The notes: generated by a model from the sequence alone, not told the origin. Shown: positions 1-10,334, counted from the first letter of the stretch. The stretch is DNA of 64,000 nucleotides from a virus (IMGVR_UViG_3300035704_000001:64001-128000); one strand, 5' to 3'. Numbers and translations: made by a program.

Positions 1-2073
1 GGCCGCCAGGTGATCGCGGCGCGCGGCTACTTCCCGATCCGGTCGGACACCCTGCTGGAGTCGTTCGTCGAGGCCCGGCATCCCAAGCACGGCCTCAAGG
101 ACATCACGCTGTGGGACTTCGGCCACCAGATGGCCGAGATCGAGTCCCTGTTCCCCAGCCTGACCAAGAAGCAGAAGGACTGCCTGCGGTTCTCCACGCT
201 CGACCCGGGCCGGCCCGATGTCGTGGACTACGCCTGCGAGGACGCGCTGTGGTGCCTCCAGGCGCACCTGCTGCGCTGGGCCGAGCTGCGCAAGGACCCC
301 ATCTTCAAGATGGAGATGCAGATCCTGCCCATCGTCTGCGACATGGCCGACGAGGGCTTCGAGATGGACTGGGACTACATCCGCCGCGGGGCCCGGGAGG
401 CGCGCGAGTTCGAGCAGCTGTTCCTGGCCGAGATCCGCGAGGACTTCGCTGAGCTGCTGGGCCGGGAGCTGCCGGTCACGTTCAACTTCAACTCCTCCCA
501 GCAGCTCTCCAAGCTGTTCTACGAGGACCTGAAGCTGCCGGTGGTGCACTGGACCAAGGGCACCGACAACAGCCCGCCCAAGCCGTCGGTGGACGCCAAG
601 AACGCGCTGCCCAAGCTGTCCAAACTGTGCCCGGCGGTGGCCCGGTACTGGAAGTACTCCAAGCTGGTCACGCTGCGCACCAAGTACCTGGAGCTGTACG
701 ACGTCAAGTACCTGTGGGCGGATGACTACCGGGCCCACTGCACCCTGCTCCAGTACGGCACGATTGCCGGCCGGTTCAGCTGCGAGGACTTCAACTACCA
801 GCAGATGTCGGCGCCGTTCAAGGCCGAGCTGCGCGACGGCACGACCTTCGAGTTCCGGCTGCGCGACGCCATCAAGGCCCCGCTGCCCGGCGCCCGGCCG
901 TGGTGGGAGCTGGTGCTGGAAGAGGCCGGCGCCCCGGTGGCGGAGCTGTGCCCGCCCGAGGAGGGCCGCGAGCTGGGCTGGTACATCCTGGGCGGCGACT
1001 ACAGCCAGATCGAGCTGCGGGTCATGGCCAGCCAGGCGAACTGCACCCGGCTGATTGCCGACTACCGGGCCGGGGCCGACGTGCACCGCCGCACTGCGGC
1101 GCTGATGCTCGGCATCACCGAGGACGCGGTGTCCGACGAGGAGCGGGCCAAGGGCAAGACCCGCAACTTCGCCAACATCTACGGCCAGGGCTTCAAGGCG
1201 CTGGCCGACCAGCTCGGCATCTCCGAGGACGAGGCCCGGCTGAAGGACCAGCAGTACCGGACGCTGTACCCCGAGCTGAAGCCGTACCGCGAGCGGGAGA
1301 TCGCCCAGGCCCGGCGGCAGGGCTACCTCCGGACGCACTTCGGCCGGAAGGTCACCATCCACGAGTACAAGGACCCGGATGAGAAAATCCGGGCCAAGGG
1401 CGACATGACCGCCGGGAATGCGTGCATCCAGGGCCCGGCGACGGGAGATTACGTCAAGCTTGCGATGATCCGGGCCGTCCGGTTCCTGCACCGGGCCGGG
1501 CTCGGGAGCAAGGTCAAGCTGATCATGAACGTGCACGACGAGCTGCAGTTCGCGGTGCGCAAGGACGTCACGCCGGCCGAGGTCATCGCGGTGCTGACGC
1601 CGGCGGTCATCTTCGACGTCAAGGGCTGGCTGCCCATGGAGATGGAGTGGAAGATGGGCCGTACCTGGGGCTCGGTGAAGAAGCTGGAGCTGGGCGCGGA
1701 CGGCAGCGTGCACCTCAAGGGCAAGGTGCCCGCGCACCTGAAGCTGCCGGATGCCCCGCCCGAGCCCGTCCTGGTGCCCGTGGCCGCCGCCGCGGAGCCC
1801 GCCTCGTCCGGGCCGGCCCGGACCGTGATCATCACCGCCGACGACGTGCCCGGCACCGCCGACGCGGAGCGGCTGAAGGCGCTGCTGGCCTCGCTGCCCG
1901 GGCCGAACACGGTCCTGCTCCGGGTGCCTGGCGGAGACGTGCAGGTCAGGGGGACGTCCGGGCTGACGCCGGAGCACGAGGCCCGGATCGCCACCATCCT
2001 GCCGGGCGCGCTGGTCTGCTATGACCTGGACTCAGTGGACCGCGAGATGCTGGTCAGGGACCTTCGGCTGTAA
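1..2073 (+). CDS. polA: DNA polymerase family A (5' partial), with a C-terminal extension
   Basis: Motif A DYSQIELR, motif B KTRNFANIYG, motif C VHDEL, ExoIII-like YACEDA. Frame is open from base 1. Confidence 0.95.
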   Translation, partial: GRQVIAARGYFPIRSDTLLESFVEARHPKHGLKDITLWDFGHQMAEIESLFPSLTKKQKDCLRFSTLDPGRPDVVDYACEDALWCLQAHLLRWAELRKDPIFKMEMQILPIVCDMADEGFEMDWDYIRRGAREAREFEQLFLAEIREDFAELLGRELPVTFNFNSSQQLSKLFYEDLKLPVVHWTKGTDNSPPKPSVDAKNALPKLSKLCPAVARYWKYSKLVTLRTKYLELYDVKYLWADDYRAHCTLLQYGTIAGRFSCEDFNYQQMSAPFKAELRDGTTFEFRLRDAIKAPLPGARPWWELVLEEAGAPVAELCPPEEGRELGWYILGGDYSQIELRVMASQANCTRLIADYRAGADVHRRTAALMLGITEDAVSDEERAKGKTRNFANIYGQGFKALADQLGISEDEARLKDQQYRTLYPELKPYREREIAQARRQGYLRTHFGRKVTIHEYKDPDEKIRAKGDMTAGNACIQGPATGDYVKLAMIRAVRFLHRAGLGSKVKLIMNVHDELQFAVRKDVTPAEVIAVLTPAVIFDVKGWLPMEMEWKMGRTWGSVKKLELGADGSVHLKGKVPAHLKLPDAPPEPVLVPVAAAAEPASSGPARTVIITADDVPGTADAERLKALLASLPGPNTVLLRVPGGDVQVRGTSGLTPEHEARIATILPGALVCYDLDSVDREMLVRDLRL

Positions 2074-2081
2074 TAAGGGGC

Positions 2082-2435
2082 ATGACAGCAATCAAGGCGG
2101 GCTGGGCCCGCAAGGATTACGGACGGGATCGCTACGACGTCGAGGTGGACCTGGCAGACCTGCCGGACATCCTCGCCGAGCATGGCGTGGACCCCGTGAA
2201 GACCGATGCCATCCCCTACAGCCGCCGGCTGACCATCCTCCGGCTGGTCGCGGAGACCCATTCCACCGACGTCTACGCGCGGCGCGAGATCGTGGATGCC
2301 GGGTGGGATCAGACGGGCGCCCCGCCTGCGGCCGTGGCCGACGTCCTGCGCCGGCTCAAGACCGTCAAGGCGCAGCTGGACAAGATCCTGGCCGACTACA
2401 AGCCGGCGGAGGCCCCGGAGCCGGCGGGCACGTGA
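2082..2435 (+). CDS. hypothetical protein
   Basis: High GC3. Start lies 11 nt after the class A promoter motif. Confidence 0.8.
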   Translation: MTAIKAGWARKDYGRDRYDVEVDLADLPDILAEHGVDPVKTDAIPYSRRLTILRLVAETHSTDVYARREIVDAGWDQTGAPPAAVADVLRRLKTVKAQLDKILADYKPAEAPEPAGT

Positions 2436-2956
2436 GCCAGCCCCTGCCCGGCATCCTGGGTCAGGTCGAGGCGCTGACCGCGCAGTGGGGCGATGCGATG
2501 GCCCGGCTGCGGTTCGGCACCGAGGAAGTGCCGCTGGAGGTGCCGGGTGCCGATGCCGAGGGTCACGAGGTGCACGAGGCGCTGCTGGCCGTCCGGGCCC
2601 GGCTCGACATGGCCGAGCAGCTGCTGAAGGGCGCCCGGATCGAGCGGCGCCGGTTCCGGGCCCGGGCCAAGATCCGCGCCCAGGAGCGGGACGACGAGTA
2701 CGACAGGCGGCTGGCCAAGCTGGGCGAGGGGGCGGTGCGCCGGGAGTACGAGGGCGCGCAGGAGCGGATGGCCAAGGCCCGGCTCGACGTGGTGGAGCTG
2801 ACCCGCACGGCCCGCACGGCCGAGGCGGTGCGGGATCTGGTCGATGACGCTTATGAGGGCCTGCGCGACCAGTTCTTCGGCCTGCTGAACATCCGGCAGG
2901 AGCTGCTGGACCGGCTGCGTGAGCTGCAGTGGGAATCTTCCATGGAGCGCGGGTGA
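2432..2956 (+). CDS. coiled-coil hypothetical protein
   Basis: GTGA overlap with the upstream stop. Helical and charged sequence. Confidence 0.75.
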   Translation: MSQPLPGILGQVEALTAQWGDAMARLRFGTEEVPLEVPGADAEGHEVHEALLAVRARLDMAEQLLKGARIERRRFRARAKIRAQERDDEYDRRLAKLGEGAVRREYEGAQERMAKARLDVVELTRTARTAEAVRDLVDDAYEGLRDQFFGLLNIRQELLDRLRELQWESSMERG

Positions 2957-3291
2957 GCGGGCTGGTCTGCGCCTTCGGCCCGTGCCGTAAGGCGGTTACC
3001 GGCGAGGTCCGGATCGAGGTGCACCGGGCCGGGGACGCCGACGTGGCGTTCGGGCCCGGCATCCGCGGTTTCCCGCTGGCCGCCGCCGCCGGCCCGCTGG
3101 TCGATGTCTTCCACACCCGGTGCTGGTGGGCTCAGGTCAAGCGGAACCGCCTGGCCGCGGCGAAGCTCGCCGATCCTGCCGGGTATTCCGGTCCCGCGCC
3201 TGACTGGCGCGAGCCGGTGACCTGCGATGTGGAGGATCTGCTCGGTGGAGTCTCACGAGATTATCGAGGAGCTGGAACGGCTCCAGACTGA
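2953..3291 (+). CDS. hypothetical protein
   Basis: GTGA overlap start; codon usage matches neighbours. Confidence 0.65.
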   Translation: MSGLVCAFGPCRKAVTGEVRIEVHRAGDADVAFGPGIRGFPLAAAAGPLVDVFHTRCWWAQVKRNRLAAAKLADPAGYSGPAPDWREPVTCDVEDLLGGVSRDYRGAGTAPD

Positions 3292-3406
3292 GTTCGGGCC
3301 GGGCCGGTGCCAGTTTCCGGACCCGCTGGAGGCCTGGTGGAACGACATCGACCATATCCAGTTCGATTCGGTCACCCAGACTTACCGGTTCGTCCCGGCT
3401 AGCTAG
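3245..3406 (+). CDS. small hypothetical protein (53 aa, VESHEIIEELERLQ...), not in the ORF track
   Basis: GGAGG RBS at 3231, GTG at 3245, TAG at 3404-3406. Confidence 0.6.
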   Translation: MESHEIIEELERLQTEFGPGRCQFPDPLEAWWNDIDHIQFDSVTQTYRFVPAS

Positions 3407-3475
3407 CGTCAGTGTCGGACCTCGCCCGTATAACAGGGTGAAGCGCATTCGCGGACCGAGCAAAGCAGGAGAGAC

Positions 3476-4702
3476 ATGAAGGTAGCACTCGGCGACAAGA
3501 CCAGCGCCAGCACGGGGCCGGACCTGTTCGAGAAGCTGGAGCTGTCCACTGACGAGGTGGCCCGGCTGATCATCCCGGTGGATGACGCGGACAAGGTGTT
3601 CGTCCACACCATGGAGGCGCCTGTCGTCTCCGGTGGCGAGATCAAGATGGAGACCAAGACCCGCAAGGACAAGTCCACCTACGACGTCATCGCCACCACG
3701 TTCGTGGGCCGGCGGCAGTGCCTGGGCGACCCGGACATCATGAAGGCCAACGGCGGCATCGACGAGGCCAACTGCCCGATGTGCGCGGCGGCCAAGGACC
3801 TGGGGGTGCCCGAGCTGATCCCCGAGCCCCGGTTCGCCCTGCCGGTCATCCGGGTCACCTGCACGTCCAAGACCTCCAGCGAGCCGCAGGACCCGCCGGG
3901 CGCGAAGGTCCTCGTGCTCACCCTGACCATCAAGCAGTACTCCGCCCTGCAGTCCAACTTCGACTCGATCCGCGAGCTGTACGACTGGCCCTCGGACCAC
4001 GAGGTCAAGCCCAACAACGCGGACATCATCGTCAAGTGCGCGGACGGGGACTGGAAGCGGTACGAATTCCAGCCGCCGAAGCGCCGGTGCTGGCAGCAGG
4101 GCAAGAACCCGGAGATGTTCGAGCTGATCAGGCGGCTGTGGGGGAACGCGGCCAACCGGCCCACTGACGAGCAGCTGGAAGCGGCCATCGCCCGCCCGGC
4201 CGACCGCCGCTGGGTCGAGATCGACCTGGAGAAGGTCACCAGCGCCTGGGCCGAGGTCCGTTCCATCCAGCGCGGCGGCTCCGGCGAGCGCCGTAACCAG
4301 CAGCCGGCCGAGACCGCCGGGGCCAATGTCAGTGCCGAGGCCGACCTGGCCGGCGCGCTCGACGACCTGGACGACATCGACGGCCTGCTGGGCGAGACTC
4401 CGGAGGAGGGCACTGCCGGCGAGCCGGACATGGCCGGGCTCGACGAGTTCGCCCCCGGCACGACCTCCAACCCTGCTCCCAACGGCAACGGCAGGGGTCC
4501 CGCGGCCGCGGCCGAGCCGGACCTGGCCGGCGCGCTCGACGACGTGCCGGACGACAGCTCCGGGGCTCCGTCGGCGGAGGACGAGGGCGAGCTGTTCGGC
4601 GACCCGGCTCCGGCTGCTGCCCCGGCCAAGCCGGCCGCCGCCAAGGCTGCTGCCCCGGCGGAGGAGACGGCGGACTTCGACTCGATCCTGGGCGGCCTGT
4701 AG
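3476..4702 (+). CDS. putative single-stranded DNA-binding protein (gp32-like)
   Basis: Cys cluster (CLGD...CPMC), long acidic low-complexity C-terminus ending DFDSILGGL, position next to RusA and RecA, RBS GGAG. Confidence 0.65.
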   Translation: MKVALGDKTSASTGPDLFEKLELSTDEVARLIIPVDDADKVFVHTMEAPVVSGGEIKMETKTRKDKSTYDVIATTFVGRRQCLGDPDIMKANGGIDEANCPMCAAAKDLGVPELIPEPRFALPVIRVTCTSKTSSEPQDPPGAKVLVLTLTIKQYSALQSNFDSIRELYDWPSDHEVKPNNADIIVKCADGDWKRYEFQPPKRRCWQQGKNPEMFELIRRLWGNAANRPTDEQLEAAIARPADRRWVEIDLEKVTSAWAEVRSIQRGGSGERRNQQPAETAGANVSAEADLAGALDDLDDIDGLLGETPEEGTAGEPDMAGLDEFAPGTTSNPAPNGNGRGPAAAAEPDLAGALDDVPDDSSGAPSAEDEGELFGDPAPAAAPAKPAAAKAAAPAEETADFDSILGGL

Positions 4703-4704
4703 CC

Positions 4705-5277
4705 GTGCTTACCATCGTGGCGCTCGGTGCGCCGAAGACCCAGGGCAGCGTCAAGGCCGTGGTGTCTCGGAGCACCGGGCGCCCCATGATCAAGAAGGAC
4801 AACGAGAAGTCCCAGAACGAGTGGCGTGCCAACGTCCGGGACCAGGCTCGCGAGGTCATGGGCGACCGGGACCCGATGGAGGGCCCGGTTGTCCTGGCCA
4901 TCACCTTCACCCGGGACAAGCCGGGCTCTGCGCCGAAGCGCAAGCCCAGCTGGCCGTTTCAGAAGCCGGACTGGGACAAGCTGGCCCGGGCCATCTCTGA
5001 CGGACTGAAGGATGGCGGGGCGTACCGGGATGATGCCCAGGTGGTGTGGGCTATCGTCGCCAAGCACTACCCGATCAGCTCCGACGGACGCGAGCCGCTG
5101 CACGCCGGAGGTGACGCGGAGTTCATTCGCTGGCTGGCGACGCCCGGGAGCACCCTGGACGTCCTCAACGTCCCGGGCGTGGTGGTCCGGCTGGCACACC
5201 TGACCGAGTTCGACGGAATCCGCAAGCAGCTGGCTGACGCTGGCTACGAGCCGAAGGACGTGACTGGCGGTGCCTAA
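4705..5277 (+). CDS. rusA: RusA-family Holliday junction resolvase
   Basis: [15 protein letters not shown]...DDAQV catalytic motif. Confidence 0.85.
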   Translation: MLTIVALGAPKTQGSVKAVVSRSTGRPMIKKDNEKSQNEWRANVRDQAREVMGDRDPMEGPVVLAITFTRDKPGSAPKRKPSWPFQKPDWDKLARAISDGLKDGGAYRDDAQVVWAIVAKHYPISSDGREPLHAGGDAEFIRWLATPGSTLDVLNVPGVVVRLAHLTEFDGIRKQLADAGYEPKDVTGGA

Positions 5278-6334
5278 GGCAAGCGGGTCCGGGAAGAAGA
5301 CGGGCACCGGGCTCATCAAGGCGATGGAGCAGATCAACCGGGCCTACGGGGACGGGTCCATCCGCCGCATGGGCGACTCCGAGCGGGTGGCCGTCGAGGT
5401 GATTCCCACCGGTTCGCTCGCGCTGAACCGCGCGCTCGGAGTCGGCGGGTTCCCCCGTGGCCGGATCGTCGAGGGGTACGGGCCGGAGTCCTCCGGTAAG
5501 ACCTCGGTGGCCCTGCACGCCATCGCCAACCTGCAGAAGGCCGGCGGGACAGCCGCGTTCGTCGACGCCGAGCACGCGCTGGACCCGGAATGGGCCGAGA
5601 CGCTGGGCGTTAATGTCGATGACCTGCTGGTCTCCCAGCCGGATACGGGTGAGGAGGCTCTGGAGTCAGTAGACATCCTCACCCGGTCGGGCGAGGTGGG
5701 CCTGATCGTCGTTGACTCGGTGGCCGCACTGGTGCCCCGGGCAGAGATCGAGGGCGACATGGGGGACAGTCACGTCGGCCTCCAGGCCCGGCTGATGTCC
5801 CAGGCCCTGCGCAAGCTGACCGCCATCGCCGCGGAGAGCAACACCACGATCTACTTCATCAACCAGCTGCGCGAGAAGGTCGGCGTCATGTTCGGAAATC
5901 CCGAGACCACCTCGGGAGGCAAGGCGCTGAAGTACTACGCGTCGGTGCGGCTGGACATCCGCCGGATCGAGACCCTGAAAGACGGCACCGATGCCGTCGG
6001 CAACCGGGTCCGGGTCAAGGTGGTCAAGAACAAGATGGCCCGGCCATTCCAGGTGGCCGAGTTCGACTTCCTGTATACCTGCGGGATCTCCCGGGGCGGG
6101 GAGCTGGTCGACCTCGGGGTGGAGATGGGCATCGTCAAGAAATCCGGGGCGTACTACACCTACGACGGGACTAGCTTCGCCCAGGGCAAGCAGAACGCGG
6201 CTGCGTACCTGCAGGCTCACGGCGACATGGGGGACAAGATCGAGGCCGCCATCATGGCCGAGATGAGCCCGGCGGCCAAGGCGGCCGCGGCCGCGGAGGC
6301 CGAGACCGTGCCGTGGACCGAGGCAAAGCCGTAG
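5270..6334 (+). CDS. recA: recombinase RecA
   Basis: [43 protein letters not shown]. Strongly actinobacterial-like. Confidence 0.97.
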   Translation: MPKASGSGKKTGTGLIKAMEQINRAYGDGSIRRMGDSERVAVEVIPTGSLALNRALGVGGFPRGRIVEGYGPESSGKTSVALHAIANLQKAGGTAAFVDAEHALDPEWAETLGVNVDDLLVSQPDTGEEALESVDILTRSGEVGLIVVDSVAALVPRAEIEGDMGDSHVGLQARLMSQALRKLTAIAAESNTTIYFINQLREKVGVMFGNPETTSGGKALKYYASVRLDIRRIETLKDGTDAVGNRVRVKVVKNKMARPFQVAEFDFLYTCGISRGGELVDLGVEMGIVKKSGAYYTYDGTSFAQGKQNAAAYLQAHGDMGDKIEAAIMAEMSPAAKAAAAAEAETVPWTEAKP

Positions 6335-6377
6335 TAACTGGGTGAGACCGAGCCCACGATAAGACCGGGAGACCCAG

Positions 6378-7523
6378 ATGGCCGACCTGCTCACCCTGAC
6401 GGAGGCGCGCGAGGCCTTCGCCGCTACCGAGCCGCTGGCTTCGGCCGCGTTCGCGGTCGATCCGGAGATGACCGACGCCCAGCGCCCGTACGTCACGTTC
6501 GACGAGAAGTGGCGCCTGCATGGCGAGGACGTGGCCGCGACCGTGCCGGTAGAGGCCTGGCTGACCGTGCCCGAGATGGACGGCCAGCGGTTCCAGTTCA
6601 CGTACCAGGCCGCCCGCCAGCTGGGCAGCACCGCCCGCCAGCCGCAGGATCTCCAGGTCTCGCACCCTGCCGAGCTGCACGAGAGGATCGTCAACTGGTG
6701 GCTGTCCCGCGGGCTCGGGGTGCGCAAGATCAAGCTGCTGCTGTCCCCGCACCAGGGTGAGGGCCCGGACGGGGAGCGGGTGCCGCTCGTGGTCGCGCAG
6801 ACCCGGGACACGGTGACTCCGTTCAGCAACATGGCCCTGCTGGACGAGGTGCTGAAGGTGCTCACCTTCAAGTACGGCAGGGAGGCTGCCCAGCGGGCCA
6901 TGGTGCACTTCGCCATGAGCCATGACCTGGAGCACACCGACTGCACCGTGGTGGTCCCGCAGGCCGGCAAGGACATCGCCGGGCAGACCTGGGTACCGGG
7001 CACGTCGTTCACCAACTCGTGCATCGGGCTCAAGCAGACCACCGTGACCGGCGTCCTGATGAAGGCCGACGTGGCCGGGGTCGCGCTCGACGGGGCGCAC
7101 AGCGCCGGCGGCTTCAAGCGGAAGAACTCCAATCCCGAGGATGCGTACGAGTGGGCCGCGGAGTCCACGGACGAGGTGCTGGGCGCGCTGGAGATCGCCT
7201 GGGACAACGTGGCCCGGCTGCAGCACATGCCGGTCGGCATCCAGCCGGGCACGTTCGTGGAGTCGCTGTGCAGCGAGTTCAAGGTGCCCAAGTCGTCGAT
7301 GCAGCGGCTCACCGCGGTGCTGGAGGAATGGCCGGCCGAGCTGACCATGGCCTCCCTGGTCGAGATCACGGCGCGCTGCGCCAACATGGAGGACCTGCCG
7401 TGGCGGACGGTCGGCCAGCTGCAGGAGATGGCCGGCCACATCATCCACTCCGAGGGCGGCCGGTGCTCCAAGGACAACCCGTGCTACCGCGCCTACCCGC
7501 AGGGCTTCGAACCTCTCTCTTGA
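6378..7523 (+). CDS. hypothetical protein, possibly DUF932-like
   Basis: Long high-GC3 ORF with RBS GGGAG. Resemblance to DUF932 is weak. Confidence 0.6.
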   Translation: MADLLTLTEAREAFAATEPLASAAFAVDPEMTDAQRPYVTFDEKWRLHGEDVAATVPVEAWLTVPEMDGQRFQFTYQAARQLGSTARQPQDLQVSHPAELHERIVNWWLSRGLGVRKIKLLLSPHQGEGPDGERVPLVVAQTRDTVTPFSNMALLDEVLKVLTFKYGREAAQRAMVHFAMSHDLEHTDCTVVVPQAGKDIAGQTWVPGTSFTNSCIGLKQTTVTGVLMKADVAGVALDGAHSAGGFKRKNSNPEDAYEWAAESTDEVLGALEIAWDNVARLQHMPVGIQPGTFVESLCSEFKVPKSSMQRLTAVLEEWPAELTMASLVEITARCANMEDLPWRTVGQLQEMAGHIIHSEGGRCSKDNPCYRAYPQGFEPLS

Positions 7524-7524
7524 C

Positions 7525-7552
7525 TTGACTCTAGTCAGGTAAAGAGTATCCT
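7525..7552 (+). promoter_or_regulatory. housekeeping-sigma-type promoter overlapped by a palindrome
   Basis: TTGACT-N16-TATCCT; inverted repeat TGACTctAGTCA at 7526-7537. Confidence 0.5.
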
Positions 7553-7614
7553 GGTGACAAGGGCGGGCCGTGGCGTTATCGCAGGCGGCCCGCTCATCCA
7601 GAGGGAGATGGCTG

Positions 7615-7917
7615 ATGGCATCACGGTTCGATCTCAGCCTCCAGGTCAAGCAGTTCGTGGCCGAGCTGAACGGGGCCTTCGGCTCCCGCTGGCGGGTGTT
7701 CCGCACCGGTACCGCGGCCTACCTGTTCGTGCTCGTGCAGAACCCGGACATCTACCGGGTGGCGCACCCGCGCGAGCTGCAGCCGCAGGTGCGCAGCGCG
7801 CTGGCGCACGGCTGGGGACATGCAGACAATCGCTGCTCGAATTGCGGTCAGCTGGTGCGTGATCACTGCACGATCCACCTCATCCCGTGCTGCCCGGGCC
7901 GGTGCCCTGATGCCTAG
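7615..7917 (+). CDS. hypothetical protein with Cys-rich C-terminus
   Basis: RBS GAGGGAG; CSNC...HC...CC. Confidence 0.65.
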   Translation: MASRFDLSLQVKQFVAELNGAFGSRWRVFRTGTAAYLFVLVQNPDIYRVAHPRELQPQVRSALAHGWGHADNRCSNCGQLVRDHCTIHLIPCCPGRCPDA

Positions 7918-8089
7918 GGCGCTGACCGCCGTCTACACCTGCGAGGGCTGCGCCGAGGAGGTCGAGGGTACCTGGCCGGCCCCGGAGGACCAGGACGACG
8001 ACGTGTCCGAGACTGTCCAGGAATGTCCATGCGGGCATCCCCAGGTCGTGGCCTATCCTGGCTACTCGTTCCGGACGGAGGCAGGATGA
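7910..8089 (+). CDS. small zinc-ribbon protein
   Basis: CEGC...CPCGH. Confidence 0.65.
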   Translation: MPRALTAVYTCEGCAEEVEGTWPAPEDQDDDVSETVQECPCGHPQVVAYPGYSFRTEAG

Positions 8090-8310
8090 ACGGATTGTTC
8101 TGGGCCTTGCTGGCCGTCTGGTCGTGGCTGACTGTCTTCCTCGTGCTCAACGTGTGGTTCCCCCGTCCGGTGAAGCTGTGGGAGCGGGGCCGGTGGGCCC
8201 TGATCTTCGAGCCCTGTGACTGCTGGGTGGGCGGCTACTACGACCGCGAGGACCGGCGGGTGTACCTGATCGCGGTGCCGACGCTGGCGCTGCGCTACTC
8301 CCGGCCGTAG
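8086..8310 (+). CDS. small membrane protein
   Basis: ATGA overlap; N-terminal hydrophobic helix. Confidence 0.65.
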   Translation: MNGLFWALLAVWSWLTVFLVLNVWFPRPVKLWERGRWALIFEPCDCWVGGYYDREDRRVYLIAVPTLALRYSRP

Positions 8311-8318
8311 TAACGGGC
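8306..8318 (+). promoter_or_regulatory. class A (middle-type) phage promoter motif, leaderless
   Basis: CGTAGTAACGGGC then ATG; one of about 13 copies. Confidence 0.7.
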
Positions 8319-9272
8319 ATGACGCTCACGCGCATCGACATCGCCGACTTCCAGAGCCTGCAGCGGGCCACCATCCCGGTGGGGAGGCTGACCACCGTCA
8401 CCGGACCGACCGGCGCGGGCAAGTCCTCGGTCCGCCGGGCCGCCCTGCTGGCCGCCCAGAACGCCCGGGGCGTGGACTTCATCCGCCGCGGCGCCGCCCG
8501 GGCCGCCGTGGTGCTGTCCTTCGACAGCCCCGAGGGCCCGTTCACCGTGGCCATCCGCCGCACCGCCGCCGGACGCGGGGACCTGTACCGGGTCACCCGG
8601 GCCGACGGCACGTCAAAGGAGTACACCAAGCTGGGGGGCGGGGTGCCGGATGCGGTGGCGGACCTGCTGCGGCTGGGCCCGCTCAACTTCGTCGGCCAGC
8701 TCGACCCGCCGTACCTGCTGAGCGCTACCGGCACCGACGTGGCCCGGACGCTGGGCGAGCTGACTAACGTCTCGCTGGTGTTCCGCGCGGCCGCCGAGGC
8801 CGGCCGGCGCCGCAAGGGCTTCGACCGGGACGCCAAGTCCGCGGATACCCGGCTGGAGGCGCTGCGGGCAGAGGAGGAGGGCTTCGCCGGCCTGCCGGCC
8901 CAGCTCGACGCGATCCGGCAGGCCGCCGACGGCGTGGGCCACATGACCCGGATGGAGGGGGACCTGCTGCGGCTGGGCGGGCTGATCTGCCGGATGGACG
9001 AGCTGGCCGGCAAGCTGGCCGCTGCCAGGGCCGCTGCCGCCAGGGCCGCTCCGCCGGACCTGGGACGGCTGGAGCGCGGCCTGGCCACGTACCAGCGGCT
9101 GCAGGGGCTGATCGGCCGCCAGGAAGCGGCTGAGGCCGAGCTGGCCCGGTGCCAGGCCCGCGCAGCCGACGCCCTGTGCCGTGAGAAGCAGGCGCACACG
9201 GCGTTCCGTACCGAGCTGGAGGCGGCCGGGACGTGCCCGTTGTGCGAACAGGGCATCCCCGCGGCCGGCTAG
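8319..9272 (+). CDS. SbcC/Rad50-like ATPase, N-terminal half
   Basis: LTRIDIADFQS start, Walker A GPTGAGKS, Q-loop FVGQLD, coiled coil ending in CPLC zinc hook. Confidence 0.85.
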   Translation: MTLTRIDIADFQSLQRATIPVGRLTTVTGPTGAGKSSVRRAALLAAQNARGVDFIRRGAARAAVVLSFDSPEGPFTVAIRRTAAGRGDLYRVTRADGTSKEYTKLGGGVPDAVADLLRLGPLNFVGQLDPPYLLSATGTDVARTLGELTNVSLVFRAAAEAGRRRKGFDRDAKSADTRLEALRAEEEGFAGLPAQLDAIRQAADGVGHMTRMEGDLLRLGGLICRMDELAGKLAAARAAAARAAPPDLGRLERGLATYQRLQGLIGRQEAAEAELARCQARAADALCREKQAHTAFRTELEAAGTCPLCEQGIPAAG

Positions 9273-9287
9273 GCGATAGCATGGGGC

Positions 9288-10334
9288 GTGGGATACGCAA
9301 CCGGCGAAGACCGGTCTGACTTCCAGGCTGGGGGCCAGCCCTGGGGGGCCAACGACTTCGGCTTTACCAAGTTCACCGAGAGTGACAACTGGAAGGCCAG
9401 GACCGCGAAGGGCAACTGGTCGGCCATGCGGGCCGCGGGCATCCACCGCGGTGCCTATCACTTCTTCCACCCGGCTGTCTCGGCCGTGGCGCAGGCCAAC
9501 TTCTTCATCAGCGCGGTGCGGGCCGCCGGGGGCTGGGAGGACGGCGACATGTTCGCCGGGGACTTCGAGATCGCCCTGGGCGAAGGCGGCGCGGAAGTGG
9601 CCGGGGAGCCCGCGCTGCGCCGGATGCACGCTCCGCTGCTGGCGCTGTCGGCACACCGGATGGGCACCACGGTGGGCTCGGGCGCGCTGCAGTTCCTCAA
9701 CCGGGTGGCCGAGCTGGTCGGCCCGGCCTGCCCGGTGGTGGCGTACACCTACAGCGCGTTCCGGTCGAACGTGGCCAGCTGTGTCAGGTACCCGCTGTGG
9801 ATCGCCTCGTACTCGATGTCCCCGCCGGCCTCGGTCAGCCCGTGGCGCGACTGGACGATGTGGCAGAACTCTGACCACGGAGGCCAGGGCGGCGGGGACA
9901 CCAACCGGTTCAACGGCAACGCGGGGGCGCTGCAGAGCTGGCTGGACTCGCTTGCTCCCGCCCCCGCCAGCTGGACGGAGACCACCTTGAGCGAGCTGCC
10001 CACCCTGACCCAGGGCATGAAGGACCAGCCCGGGGCCAATACGGCCGTCGGCAAGATGCAGGCCCTGGTCGCGCACGTCGGCCGGAAGAACAACCTGGCC
10101 AAGTCGAAGGTGCTCGCCGACGACGGCGTTTTCGGCGCGACCACCAAGGCCGCGGTCACCGAGATCCAGGCGTTCTTCAAGATCACCGGCGGCAACGGCG
10201 AGTGCGGAAAGCGCACCTGGGAAGCCCTGCTGCTGGGTCACGTCTCGTTATGTCGGTGCCTCGTGCGTAGATACAGGTGTGGCAACTTATGGGCTTCTCT
10301 CCGACATTCACCTGACCCGGCGGGCTCCGGTTAA
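9288..10334 (+). CDS. endolysin: GH25 muramidase plus peptidoglycan-binding domain (domain ends at about 10247)
   Basis: DRSDFQ, KFTE, GAYHFF, DFE, LWIASY, WQNS...DTN; C-terminal DGVFGATTKAAV...Q...G.CGKRTW. Confidence 0.88.
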   Translation: MGYATGEDRSDFQAGGQPWGANDFGFTKFTESDNWKARTAKGNWSAMRAAGIHRGAYHFFHPAVSAVAQANFFISAVRAAGGWEDGDMFAGDFEIALGEGGAEVAGEPALRRMHAPLLALSAHRMGTTVGSGALQFLNRVAELVGPACPVVAYTYSAFRSNVASCVRYPLWIASYSMSPPASVSPWRDWTMWQNSDHGGQGGGDTNRFNGNAGALQSWLDSLAPAPASWTETTLSELPTLTQGMKDQPGANTAVGKMQALVAHVGRKNNLAKSKVLADDGVFGATTKAAVTEIQAFFKITGGNGECGKRTWEALLLGHVSLCRCLVRRYRCGNLWASLRHSPDPAGSG

